This document shows positions 16,250 through 25,310 of a stretch of DNA of 64,000 nucleotides, one piece after another. Both the position numbers and the translations under genes were made by a program. The notes beneath the pieces were generated by a model that ran no database searches, was not told the origin of the DNA, and saw only the letters and a list, made by a program, of their open reading frames with translations. Position 1 is the first letter of the stretch. Every line of letters begins with the position of its first letter. Source of the stretch: a virus; IMG/VR virus record IMGVR_UViG_3300009184_000033, positions 1-64,000 of that record. One strand, given 5' to 3'.

Positions 16250-18287
16250 TGTCACTCTCTTTGTTTTCCTCAAAGTCTACTTCGAAATCGTTCTCTTCCC
16301 CTTCGGCAAGGACTCCTCTCGTTCTTATATCTATACTTCCCCTGAGCTGATTGAGCATCGTTAGGGCTGCGCGATCAAGTCTAGGCCTTTCTGTTGGGGC
16401 ATCTGCTTTCGCAAATTGCTTTGAGAGTTCGCCTTCAAGCGACTCAGAGAAGGGATTCTTCATAATGTCGTCGCCGAACGGCTTGTTGATTGAGTTTCTA
16501 CTGCGTGTGTTCCTACCTGCACCGGTCATACTGGCAAAATCTGGCATATGGGTCTTTGCGGGACCGCCACTCTTTTTCCTAGACTTAGCCATCGGCTCAT
16601 TCCAGATGTTCTTGACCATCCTGTCGACCTTCACCGGAGCATCAGCGTCCTTGATGGACATAGGGATCACGACATCGTCGTCATCTTCCTCATCAAGATT
16701 GTCCTCGTCGTTGTCGGCTTCCTTAAATCTCGACCTTCCAGAGGGCTTGATTGGTCCTCCAGATAGGACTGTGCCACGCTTTCTGTCGCCTGCAAAGAGT
16801 CCGCCAGCCGCCTCGCCACCGCCAGCATCTCCTCCGCCAGTATCGCCACCAGCCGGAGCGGCTCCGCCACCAGCATCGCCACCCGCGGTGCCGGCGCTCT
16901 CAACTCCAGCGTCGTTTACCTTGTCCTTCTTGCGACCATCTTCGATTTCGTTGATCTCATCATCGGTGAAGCCCATGATGTTCTTACGGATCCACTTCCT
17001 GTCGACCAAACCCTCAGGAGCCTTACCCGCGATGTCAAATCTGGTGCTGATGAGCTCAAGCTTTTGCTGCTGGGCAACAGAAGATGGGTTACTGAGCTTC
17101 AATTCAAAGTCTACAAGCTGCTCACCCTCAAATCCGTGCGCATAGAGGTGAACCATGGCAATCTTGTTGAGCTCTGCGATTATCGTCTTCTGGATTCTCG
17201 TGATCGTCCTTGAAAACCTGATGTCTTCCTGTGCCAGAGTTGCCTTCGAGCTCAACATTTCGTCGTAGCCGAGGTAAGCCTTCGGGACTTTTAGAGCCGA
17301 GAACAACTTCTTCTGGATGTACTCAACGTCTTCGATCGCTGTCGTGTTCTGACCGCCGGCAAGTGTGTCAATTTTTGTGCCCGAGTCACCACCGCGGACC
17401 GGAATGAAGTAGTCCTCGTCAACTGACATGGGATTGAAGCGGAGGTCGACCCTTCCGTCCTGCTTGTTTACCACTGGAGAGCGCTTCAGGGAGTTCTTTG
17501 CCTGCTCGAGGTACTCAGGAACGTTCTCTGGAGGCACATTTCCAACATCGATGTAGAATACTCGGCGCTCAGGAGACCTGATGACGCGGTACACAAGCAT
17601 CGCGTCCTCGATCAGGATCAGCTGGCGCCATATTCTCCTGGCAGACTCAAGGACTGATGAACCGTAGGGCAAAAATGCATCATTTCCAAGCAGTCTGAAG
17701 TGCGTGACCTGCCAGTTCTCAAGCGTCTGGTTGCCCTGCGTCATCCACTTGAACCTGACAGCCGTCGGATCCTTCGGATCGAACCCCTCTTCCCTCTCGA
17801 TCTCAGAAATTGGGATCGGGTAGGCTCCGATGACGCCGTACTCAGGCGAGACGTCATTAAACACGAAGAAGTCTCCGTACTTGCAGAGATTTCTGACCCA
17901 CATCGGGAGGTTGAAGTTGACGTTGAGTGTGTCTATGAACAGAGTGTCGAGGAGTTCCTTGACCTTCCTGTTGTCAGAGTGCACGTGGAGGATTGTTCCC
18001 CTCTCATCGCTGCTTGCGCTCTCTTCAGCGTAAATGTCAAGCGCGCTGGCTATCTCCGGAGTGGATTCCATCTCCGAGAAGTCAGAGTACCTCGACATGC
18101 GGTCGAATGAGCCATATGCGCTCATTGTGCTGGTGTAAACATCACTGTGAGCACGTCTAAATGCTTGTAGTGAGCTGGTACCAGGACCGGTCTTTGAGTT
18201 AAAGTCCTTGACGCGACGCTTGATAGTCGGTCCAGACCTGAATAGTTGTGTGAGCTTCCTAAAAAGCCCAGCTTGATTGTCTGCCAT
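16242..18287 (-). CDS. gp20: Portal vertex protein (T4 gp20-like), about 681 aa
   Basis: EIASALDIYAEES, SVLESARRIWRQLILIEDAMLVYRVIRSPERRVFYIDVGN, EDYFIPVRG, IDTLAGGQN, DVEYIQKKLFSALKVP, EDIRFSRTI. Confidence 0.96.
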   Translation of the reverse strand: MADNQAGLFRKLTQLFRSGPTIKRRVKDFNSKTGPGTSSLQAFRRAHSDVYTSTMSAYGSFDRMSRYSDFSEMESTPEIASALDIYAEESASSDERGTILHVHSDNRKVKELLDTLFIDTLNVNFNLPMWVRNLCKYGDFFVFNDVSPEYGVIGAYPIPISEIEREEGFDPKDPTAVRFKWMTQGNQTLENWQVTHFRLLGNDAFLPYGSSVLESARRIWRQLILIEDAMLVYRVIRSPERRVFYIDVGNVPPENVPEYLEQAKNSLKRSPVVNKQDGRVDLRFNPMSVDEDYFIPVRGGDSGTKIDTLAGGQNTTAIEDVEYIQKKLFSALKVPKAYLGYDEMLSSKATLAQEDIRFSRTITRIQKTIIAELNKIAMVHLYAHGFEGEQLVDFELKLSNPSSVAQQQKLELISTRFDIAGKAPEGLVDRKWIRKNIMGFTDDEINEIEDGRKKDKVNDAGVESAGTAGGDAGGGAAPAGGDTGGGDAGGGEAAGGLFAGDRKRGTVLSGGPIKPSGRSRFKEADNDEDNLDEEDDDDVVIPMSIKDADAPVKVDRMVKNIWNEPMAKSRKKSGGPAKTHMPDFASMTGAGRNTRSRNSINKPFGDDIMKNPFSESLEGELSKQFAKADAPTERPRLDRAALTMLNQLRGSIDIRTRGVLAEGEENDFEVDFEENKESDNG

Positions 18288-18305
18288 CAACCCACTCTAA
18301 TGATG

Positions 18306-18312
18306 TAAATAT
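18306..18312 (-). promoter_or_regulatory. Putative late promoter ATATTTA
   Basis: 18 nt before the portal ATG. Confidence 0.65.
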
Positions 18313-18338
18313 CACCACAGACGGCTAGACATAAACTA

Positions 18339-19949
18339 CTATGACCAAAGCCACCTGAAATCGACGGGGCCGACCGGTGCCCTCGTTCCGCTGTCTGGAC
18401 CTGGGACTCCTAGCTCACCAGACCATACAACGGGCTTTCCAGCCTTCGCAGCGTGCGAGAGGAATGGATCAAGAGCCTCACCTGTCCCGCCACGGTTGAC
18501 GGACATAGCTTTGAGAATCGCCATATTGATGTCGACAGCCTGCTTGTTGTGTGGAGTGACCTCAAACAGCCAGACTCCAATAGCAAGGGACATGACAAGG
18601 TCATCATTCTTGTCTTTCATGGCCTGAGCCTTGTTGTTCTTCCAGATGAAGGTCTTCATCTCGTCATAGAGCCTCGATGAGTAGCTCCTGATGTTCTTAT
18701 TTCTCACAATCTCTTCGAGTTTCGTGAGAATCTTTGCGCGAGATGGACCCTGAGTAGAGAATCCTGCCTTCGATATCGACCCGTCACCGTACATGAAGGC
18801 ATAGCGGTCACTCTGCTTCTCAAAGTACAGGTTAGGGTACCTGAGCTCTGACAATTTCATCAGCAGAGCATATCCGTATGTGTTGCTCTCTGGACAGAGA
18901 AGCGCCTTATTGTATCGCAGCGCAGCCTCATTTAGCACGATTGCGAACTGGTCAGGTGGAGACTTTCCCTTGAACTCTGCCACAATCTCAGACTCATTGG
19001 TGTCTATGACATGGAAAGTCGAGTAGTCAGCGCCATCTCCTCGAGCCACGTCGGCGGAAACTATGTAGGAGTGGCCAGGCATCGGGTATTTCCAGACCCA
19101 GACTCCCATCTCTGGACCCCACTTCTCTATCGGGTTCCTAATCAGAGATCTGAGATACTCGATATCATCGATCGTGAGGAAAGTGTCACCTGATGCGGAG
19201 AAGTCGCACAGGAGTTCCTGTGCGACCTGTTGCTGGGTCAGGTTCTTTGACTCTTTCTCAAACCAAGCCTCATCACGCTCAGGATGGACGTCCCATGGGA
19301 GCTTTATCGGGTGGAATTCGTTCTCACCGGACTCAGCCTTGACGTACAGGTCATAGTACTGGCCTCCGACACCGTTCGGAGTGGAGAGGATGATCGCACG
19401 ACCACCGGTAGATAGCGTGGGGTAGAGACCCATCCACAGAGTGTCGAAGTCTCTAACGAATGCAGCCTCGTCAACGATCAGGAGTGACAGTGCTTCAGAA
19501 CGACCTGCGTCTTCTGACGTCGGGATCGCCTTGATGGAGGAGCCATTCCCAAACTCTATCGCCTGCTTGTTGTCTCCAACCACGTCCGTCATGACAAGCC
19601 AGGGCGGAAGAGCCCTAATTGCCGTCTTGACCTTCTTGATGAAGTTCATTGCGACAGAGAGCTTGGTCGCAATGACCAGGATGTTCTTGTCCTTGTAGAA
19701 CAGCGCTTGCCACACGGCATAACCGGCGACAAGGGTCGATAGACCCAGCTGTCTGGACTTCAGAACAATGTTGAAGCGATGGTCAATGAAGTCCTTGACG
19801 CAATCATCCTGGAATGGGAACGTCTTGAACGGTATCGTTCCTTTCGTGGGGTGCTGGATCTTGACGTACTTGTTCAGAAAGTAGACTGGATCCTTGCCGC
19901 ACCTGATTATCTCTTCGATCTGCTTCTTTTTCTGAAGTGGGGTGGTCAA
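18339..19949 (-). CDS. terL: Terminase large subunit (T4 gp17-like), 536 aa, TTG start
   Basis: Walker A region KSRQLGLST, Walker B LLIVDEAAF, coupling motif STPNG, nuclease ADVARGDGADYS and NDDLVMSLA. Confidence 0.96.
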   Translation of the reverse strand: MTTPLQKKKQIEEIIRCGKDPVYFLNKYVKIQHPTKGTIPFKTFPFQDDCVKDFIDHRFNIVLKSRQLGLSTLVAGYAVWQALFYKDKNILVIATKLSVAMNFIKKVKTAIRALPPWLVMTDVVGDNKQAIEFGNGSSIKAIPTSEDAGRSEALSLLIVDEAAFVRDFDTLWMGLYPTLSTGGRAIILSTPNGVGGQYYDLYVKAESGENEFHPIKLPWDVHPERDEAWFEKESKNLTQQQVAQELLCDFSASGDTFLTIDDIEYLRSLIRNPIEKWGPEMGVWVWKYPMPGHSYIVSADVARGDGADYSTFHVIDTNESEIVAEFKGKSPPDQFAIVLNEAALRYNKALLCPESNTYGYALLMKLSELRYPNLYFEKQSDRYAFMYGDGSISKAGFSTQGPSRAKILTKLEEIVRNKNIRSYSSRLYDEMKTFIWKNNKAQAMKDKNDDLVMSLAIGVWLFEVTPHNKQAVDINMAILKAMSVNRGGTGEALDPFLSHAAKAGKPVVWSGELGVPGPDSGTRAPVGPVDFRWLWS

Positions 19950-19952
19950 GGA

Positions 19953-20330
19953 TCACCCCAGGTCGTAGACGAACTTTCTCTTGTAGAGGACCACCTTGCG
20001 CGGGCTGTTGTATGACGCCTGCACAAACTCTACGGCATCAGACATACCAGGATTTGCCAACTTGATGTTCTGCCCAGACCTTTCTTTGTACGCGAGCTTC
20101 ACCTCTGCGATCAGGGAATCCACTCTCTGGTTGGCCTGGTCAGCCAGCATCGGTATGTTCTGCTGGATCGACCTCTCGCCAGGGAGATACGCCATCGTAT
20201 TGTAGTTTATGATCAGCCTGTTTCCAGCAATGTGCGGCTTGATCCCATAGGTCCCGTCGTTTGACGAAGCCTTTCCAAAGTCAGAGTTGATTATCTCTCC
20301 GAGCAGATTTACCTGTTGCATGCTTAGCAT
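19953..20330 (-). CDS. Hypothetical protein, 125 aa
   Basis: Coding strand, AGGA upstream, directly before terL. Confidence 0.75.
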   Translation of the reverse strand: MLSMQQVNLLGEIINSDFGKASSNDGTYGIKPHIAGNRLIINYNTMAYLPGERSIQQNIPMLADQANQRVDSLIAEVKLAYKERSGQNIKLANPGMSDAVEFVQASYNSPRKVVLYKRKFVYDLG

Positions 20331-20617
20331 GGTGAAGTCCTCAGCAGATAACTAGGAACCTGCTTGCGTTTTTTCCTGATCCCCTCTAATTCATCTCCCG
20401 TTGGGCGCCAACCAGACATCCACTTGGATTTGTTGGGATATGCGACCTCGATCTCACACAGTCTGCAGCATCCATAAGAGCTCTGCGCGAGCATGTCATT
20501 CCTGTCGCGAAGAAGGATCTTGCACACGGGGCATGCAAGGGGATTCCTGTTCGAGAGCTTGTTCTCCACGACAATCTTGACGTTCCCAACTTCTACTATC
20601 TTTCTGCTTTCACTCAT
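20324..20617 (-). CDS. Small zinc-finger protein (CxxC...CCxxC), 97 aa
   Basis: Start moved to ATG 20617, overlapping the end of the SbcD-SbcC gene; ACPVCKILL...YGCCRLCE. Confidence 0.7.
   Translation of the reverse strand: MSESRKIVEVGNVKIVVENKLSNRNPLACPVCKILLRDRNDMLAQSSYGCCRLCEIEVAYPNKSKWMSGWRPTGDELEGIRKKRKQVPSYLLRTSPC
20349..20355 (-). promoter_or_regulatory. Variant late promoter CTAGTTA
   Basis: One mismatch to ATANNTA; 18 nt before ATG 20330; lies inside the upstream gene's 3' end. Confidence 0.35.
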
Positions 20618-23600
20618 AGTGCACTCTGGAGTCCTTGCCGTTGCTGGTGATCTCCACAAAGTTGTCAACAGCATCCTTGACGGCATCGACATGGGAGATC
20701 ACGAATATCACTCGGAACCACCGCTTGAGGCTCTGGAGCATCCTGTTACAGGCCTCGACATTCATCTCATCAAGGGCACCGAAGCCCTCATCAATGATGA
20801 GCATGTCGCTCTTTGGCAGGGAGGAGACATTGATGAGCGCGACACGGATCGCAAGAGATGCCATCATCTTCTCCATGCCTGAAGCGCACTCGATGATCCG
20901 CCTGGAGTCGCCGTAGTTGATGAAGACATCCATGGAGTTGGACTGGTGGTCCGCCTCTAGCTCAACTGTGAAACCGACCACACCCTGGAGGATCTTTGAG
21001 ATCTCTGAGTTGATCTTGGGCAGCTCGCTTGACAGGACCTGGAGCGGGATTCCGCGCTTGTTGGTCGCAACGACAATGTTCTCAAACACTGTCCACTCAG
21101 AGATCAGGCGCTGGTACTCTTTCTGCTCCTTCTCAAGCTGAGCAATGTTCGAGGTGGTGAGGCCTATCTTCTCACTGAGGCTGACCCTCTGCTGGTCACC
21201 ATTGCGAAGGGCATCATCAAGGGATGCCAGCTCCTTCTTCAGAGAGCTTACCTCGCTGGTCTCACCGACGTCCACAACGGAGTTCTTGGCGACAAGTAGA
21301 TTGTCATCCAGGCGGGCCACTTCCTTCTTTGCGTCGTCAAGCTCCCTGGTGATCCGCACCTTTGCGCTCTCAAGGTTGGCGACAGAGACCTTTGTCGCAT
21401 TCTCCTGGTCGAGGACCTTCTGGTACTTCTCTATCTTCTCGCCATAGTTCTCTTCAGAGATCTTCTTCAGCGTCTTTCTGATCGCATTGAGACCATCCTT
21501 GAGCTGGTCGCACTTTGCTACCTGGTCGTCAAGCGTCAGCTTGTTCTTGTGCGAGTCCTTGATGAACTTGCATGTAGGAAAGCCATCTCCACAAGGCACT
21601 TGCTCAAGCAGCTTGACTGACTTCTGCTGGCTTGAGAGCTCAATCTTTTCTCTCTCAAGTTCGTGCTCAAGCTTCAGTATCGACCTCTCGAGGTCGTTCT
21701 GCTCTGCAAGCTTTGCCTTCAGCTCCTCGATGGGAAACTGGCTCTTGATCGCAGAGATCTTCGTGAGCCTTTCCTTGGCGGCGGATATGTCAGAATCACA
21801 CTTGGCAAGATTCTGTGTCAATTGGTCTTGAAGCGCCTTGGCGTTATCAAGAGCTCGCTGGATCCTCTCCACATCCTCTTTGGTAACAAGCTTGTCTGCT
21901 CCAAGATCAGCAGACTTCTTCTTCAAGACTTCAATTCTGGACTTTGTGCTCTCCAGCTGAGACTCTACGTCCGCGCGTTCGTTCTTGAGGGACGCCAGCT
22001 CAGACTTCTTCTCGGAGATTGTAACATTCCAGTCGCGCTGCGGCATTCTATCAATGAGCGCCTTTGTCGGCAGTGACTCATTCTTTGCCATGTCGCAGAT
22101 CTTGTCAAAGATGTCGAGGTCTAAGAAGTTTGCCAGAGTGCTCTTTCTGAACGTGGACTTCTGCTTAATGAAGTTGTTCATCTCGCCCTGGCTCGCGAAA
22201 GAAGTCAGCAGGAAATCTTCCTTTGTGCCGATGAGCTCCTGCATCAGGACATCGGTGTCTCGGCGCTGCTCACCACTCACGTCCTTGAGGCTTCCGTTTG
22301 GAAGGATCTGAAAGATGTTGGCGTGCGTCTTACCTGATACCTCTCCAGACTTATTCTGATTCTTGACGGTCTGGCGCTCAAGTCGGTACTGCTGGCCATT
22401 GACGGTGAAGTCCAGCTCCACTGAGCAGTGGCTCTTTCGAGTGTTGATCACGTGGAGGTTCTTGACGATGCCACGGTCATTGGAGTTGTAGAGACCGTAC
22501 ATCATTGTGCCAGGAATCGAGGACTTTCCAATCCTGTTCTTTCCAAAGAGGCCGATCACTCCGCTGAGACCATCAAAGTTGATGTAGTTCTCTTTGCCGT
22601 ATCCAAACGTGTTATCGAACTTCATGGAATTCACAGACCACTTGACGTTTCTGACCGGATCAGACTTTCCAATCTCGTCGCAGTACTTTGTGACCTTTCC
22701 AGAGATCTTCTCCCAGGTCTCTTCACTAATCTGCTTGTTGCTATAGAACTGCTTGATGAGCTCCAAGATGTTGGCAGGATTGTGATAGTTGTGATCTTCA
22801 GTCGATATCGTCTCAGTGTCAACTGATCCGGCCTGGAGATCGTTATCGAACTTAAACACGATCTCAGACGCGTTCTTCTGCTCCTTGAGTTCAGAGTAGA
22901 GCAGCTTGATCTCAGCCTGGGGAAGGGCATCGGTGTGCCGCACCCTGAACCTCGATCGGTTAGGGAACTGGAGGGCGTGGCGAGCTGTCTCCATGACAGA
23001 GCCCTGCCAGTCGATGGTGATGAACGGAGAGGGGTTCTTGACTGGAATGAACTTCGAGCTGTAGCTGTCCTTCGAGCTGATCTGCCAGTACAGGAATCCC
23101 TTCTCGAGGTCTTCACCATAGTTCTGCTGGAGCGTGGAGCCTGGGTAAGCGATCCTCTTTGCTGAATCAAGATACTGGAACTTGTGAATGTCCCCCAGGA
23201 AACCGAAGTCGAAACCTTCGAACAGGTTGTTCTCAACCTCGCCCTCGATTTCGTACTCGCTGTCGATCTGAGAACCTCGAACTGCGCCGTGGAAGAGCGC
23301 AATGTTGATCTCTCCCGGCACAGGCTTGACGTCTGCCCACCCTTCTTCATCAAAGCAAGAGAGGACGCACCAGTTGTAGCCTGGAACGCCAGTCGGGTAG
23401 ACTCCAGACTTCTTGTACAGCGTGAGCCGTGGATTGTTCAGAGCGTTGATCAGCGGACTGATCGCATCTTGGCGGTCCTTGTTGGTGATGAGACCGTCAT
23501 GGTTTCCCAAGATGATGTGCGTGGGTGCAATCTCTGAGAGCTTGGAGAACCACCAGACAAGAATATCGACAAGCTCTGGCGAGATTCCCTGCGTCTTAGA

Positions 23601-23750
23601 GTGGACAACGTCACCACCGACCATGATGACGTCAGGCTTGAGATCCTTCGCCTTCAGGAAGAAGTCCTCAAACGCCTCTCGGTACTCATCGTGCCTGGAC
23701 AGGCCTCGAAAGTGGATGTCAGAGAGGTGTACGCAGCTAAATGACTTCAT
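20610..23750 (-). CDS. sbcDC: Fused Mre11/SbcD nuclease + Rad50/SbcC ABC-ATPase (T4 gp47+gp46 equivalent), 1046 aa
   Basis: N-terminal phosphoesterase motifs HLSDIH, GGDVVH, GNHD, FHG, GDIH; then GKNRIGKSS, long coiled coil, ASGMEK, LIIDEGFGALD, VISH; one uninterrupted ORF. Confidence 0.95.
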   Translation of the reverse strand: MKSFSCVHLSDIHFRGLSRHDEYREAFEDFFLKAKDLKPDVIMVGGDVVHSKTQGISPELVDILVWWFSKLSEIAPTHIILGNHDGLITNKDRQDAISPLINALNNPRLTLYKKSGVYPTGVPGYNWCVLSCFDEEGWADVKPVPGEINIALFHGAVRGSQIDSEYEIEGEVENNLFEGFDFGFLGDIHKFQYLDSAKRIAYPGSTLQQNYGEDLEKGFLYWQISSKDSYSSKFIPVKNPSPFITIDWQGSVMETARHALQFPNRSRFRVRHTDALPQAEIKLLYSELKEQKNASEIVFKFDNDLQAGSVDTETISTEDHNYHNPANILELIKQFYSNKQISEETWEKISGKVTKYCDEIGKSDPVRNVKWSVNSMKFDNTFGYGKENYINFDGLSGVIGLFGKNRIGKSSIPGTMMYGLYNSNDRGIVKNLHVINTRKSHCSVELDFTVNGQQYRLERQTVKNQNKSGEVSGKTHANIFQILPNGSLKDVSGEQRRDTDVLMQELIGTKEDFLLTSFASQGEMNNFIKQKSTFRKSTLANFLDLDIFDKICDMAKNESLPTKALIDRMPQRDWNVTISEKKSELASLKNERADVESQLESTKSRIEVLKKKSADLGADKLVTKEDVERIQRALDNAKALQDQLTQNLAKCDSDISAAKERLTKISAIKSQFPIEELKAKLAEQNDLERSILKLEHELEREKIELSSQQKSVKLLEQVPCGDGFPTCKFIKDSHKNKLTLDDQVAKCDQLKDGLNAIRKTLKKISEENYGEKIEKYQKVLDQENATKVSVANLESAKVRITRELDDAKKEVARLDDNLLVAKNSVVDVGETSEVSSLKKELASLDDALRNGDQQRVSLSEKIGLTTSNIAQLEKEQKEYQRLISEWTVFENIVVATNKRGIPLQVLSSELPKINSEISKILQGVVGFTVELEADHQSNSMDVFINYGDSRRIIECASGMEKMMASLAIRVALINVSSLPKSDMLIIDEGFGALDEMNVEACNRMLQSLKRWFRVIFVISHVDAVKDAVDNFVEITSNGKDSRVHYE

Positions 23751-23760
23751 GTTTCTCCGA

Positions 23761-24720
23761 TTAGATGAGCGAGCCGCTTCTTATCTTAGTGAAGAGGTGA
23801 TGGAGGCGATCTTCAGGGGACCAAATCTTGGCCGCCTCTTTCCTAGCAAGGAACTCCTGCTTGGACATCTCGCCGACATCCTTAAAGGGCTCCACGTTCA
23901 TAACTCTAACTCTAATTCCATATGAATACAGACGGGAGCAGACTTTTTCTGACTTGTCCCTTGCGTCAGGATCCAGTGCCAGGACGACTGGAGTCATGTT
24001 TGTTACTATCTTTCTAAAGAGCTCATAGCCCTCGTTGAGTCCAGATCCGAGAAGGGTCACTGCGTTCCTGTCGCACTTGACTAAGTCAAATGGCCCTTCG
24101 ACGATTGTGAGCTCTTTCTTCCAGTCGATGTTGATCTCGTTGAAGATGAGGCCCTTCTTCTCCGCCTTGGAGTTCATGTACTTGTACTTGCTTTCAGGAT
24201 CGATGGATCTGGCAGTGATGTAGTTGAGCTCTCCCTCAGAATCAAATGAGGGCATGATCACTCTACGTCGGTACTTTCCAGAAGAACAAGCGCCGAGCTT
24301 GAAGTACCAGATATCACGCTCTGTCAAGCCTCTTGACAGGCAATACTCTCTAGATGCCTGTATGTCTGGATCGAGGCTGTCGGCTGCCGGACCGAGCGGC
24401 ACAAAGTCGCTTGGCAGCTCAACCTTCTCCTTGACTTCTTCGGCTAGAACGCTGTCATAGTCTCCCGATTCGAATATCCGGAGGTACATGTCAAGCTTAT
24501 CTGGCGCATACTTCTTGACAGTATACGTAAGCGTCTTGCCCTTGAGTTCACAGACCCAACAGTGGTGAAGTCCATTCTCAAGCTGGATGATGAGCTTCTT
24601 CTTATCGGGATTGTCTTTCGAGCACTTTGGACAGGCGACGGCGACCGCGCCTTTGTTTACTACTCCTGGACCAAAAATGGAAGTGATGAAATGCAGTTTG
24701 GCTTCGAGATTTACTTCCAT
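23761..24720 (-). CDS. DNA primase (DnaG / T4 gp61 type), 319 aa
   Basis: Zn ribbon CPKC...HCWVC; RVIMP...YITARSI...KYMN; TOPRIM IVEGPFD...ALDPDA...KDVGE. Confidence 0.9.
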   Translation of the reverse strand: MEVNLEAKLHFITSIFGPGVVNKGAVAVACPKCSKDNPDKKKLIIQLENGLHHCWVCELKGKTLTYTVKKYAPDKLDMYLRIFESGDYDSVLAEEVKEKVELPSDFVPLGPAADSLDPDIQASREYCLSRGLTERDIWYFKLGACSSGKYRRRVIMPSFDSEGELNYITARSIDPESKYKYMNSKAEKKGLIFNEINIDWKKELTIVEGPFDLVKCDRNAVTLLGSGLNEGYELFRKIVTNMTPVVLALDPDARDKSEKVCSRLYSYGIRVRVMNVEPFKDVGEMSKQEFLARKEAAKIWSPEDRLHHLFTKIRSGSLI

Positions 24721-24723
24721 ACG

Positions 24724-25284
24724 CTAATTTACATCTACAGACTTCCGTTGTTCAAGCCCTGCGACCGCGATCACAATTGAGTCAGCAATGTCGAAGTGGT
24801 GGGTCTCGATTACCATCTGACCCTTCTTCTTGCCAGTCTTCACGGCTCTCGATGTAGGAGTGTAGCCAAACTTGGCGGTGGCCCACTCAAGCACCTGCTC
24901 CTTGGTGTCACGGGTCCTGTCTATCTTGAGGGAGACCAGCTTCCGCGCTGCCGTGACATTGATGTACTCTGGAACGATGCCCAGCTCCAGAAACACTATG
25001 TACGATGCCACGCCGTTGAATCTGGCCAGAGTGAGGAGCGTTCCAGCAGATGAGAGACCCGGCCTGAATCCCTGCAGGTTCTCCTCGATGTAGACAGCGC
25101 TTATGTGCTGTTTAGTGACCTTGCACTGGCGAAGCCACTGGCTGAGCTGTATCCTGAAGCTGTTCGCCTTCTGGAACATGTCGTCTCCACCAGGCTTTAT
25201 TGCCATCGTGTGGAGCAGTTCTCCATCGCTCGATATGATGGAAGCACCTGTGCAAGAAGTCGATATGTCTAGACCTAGAATCAT
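24724..25284 (-). CDS. RuvC-like Holliday junction resolvase, 186 aa
   Basis: ILGLDISTSCTG (Asp1), VYIEE (Glu), FDIADSIVIA (Asp pair). Confidence 0.85.
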   Translation of the reverse strand: MILGLDISTSCTGASIISSDGELLHTMAIKPGGDDMFQKANSFRIQLSQWLRQCKVTKQHISAVYIEENLQGFRPGLSSAGTLLTLARFNGVASYIVFLELGIVPEYINVTAARKLVSLKIDRTRDTKEQVLEWATAKFGYTPTSRAVKTGKKKGQMVIETHHFDIADSIVIAVAGLEQRKSVDVN

Positions 25285-25310
25285 GTTCAAAGGTATCTTG
25301 CAGGAACTGA

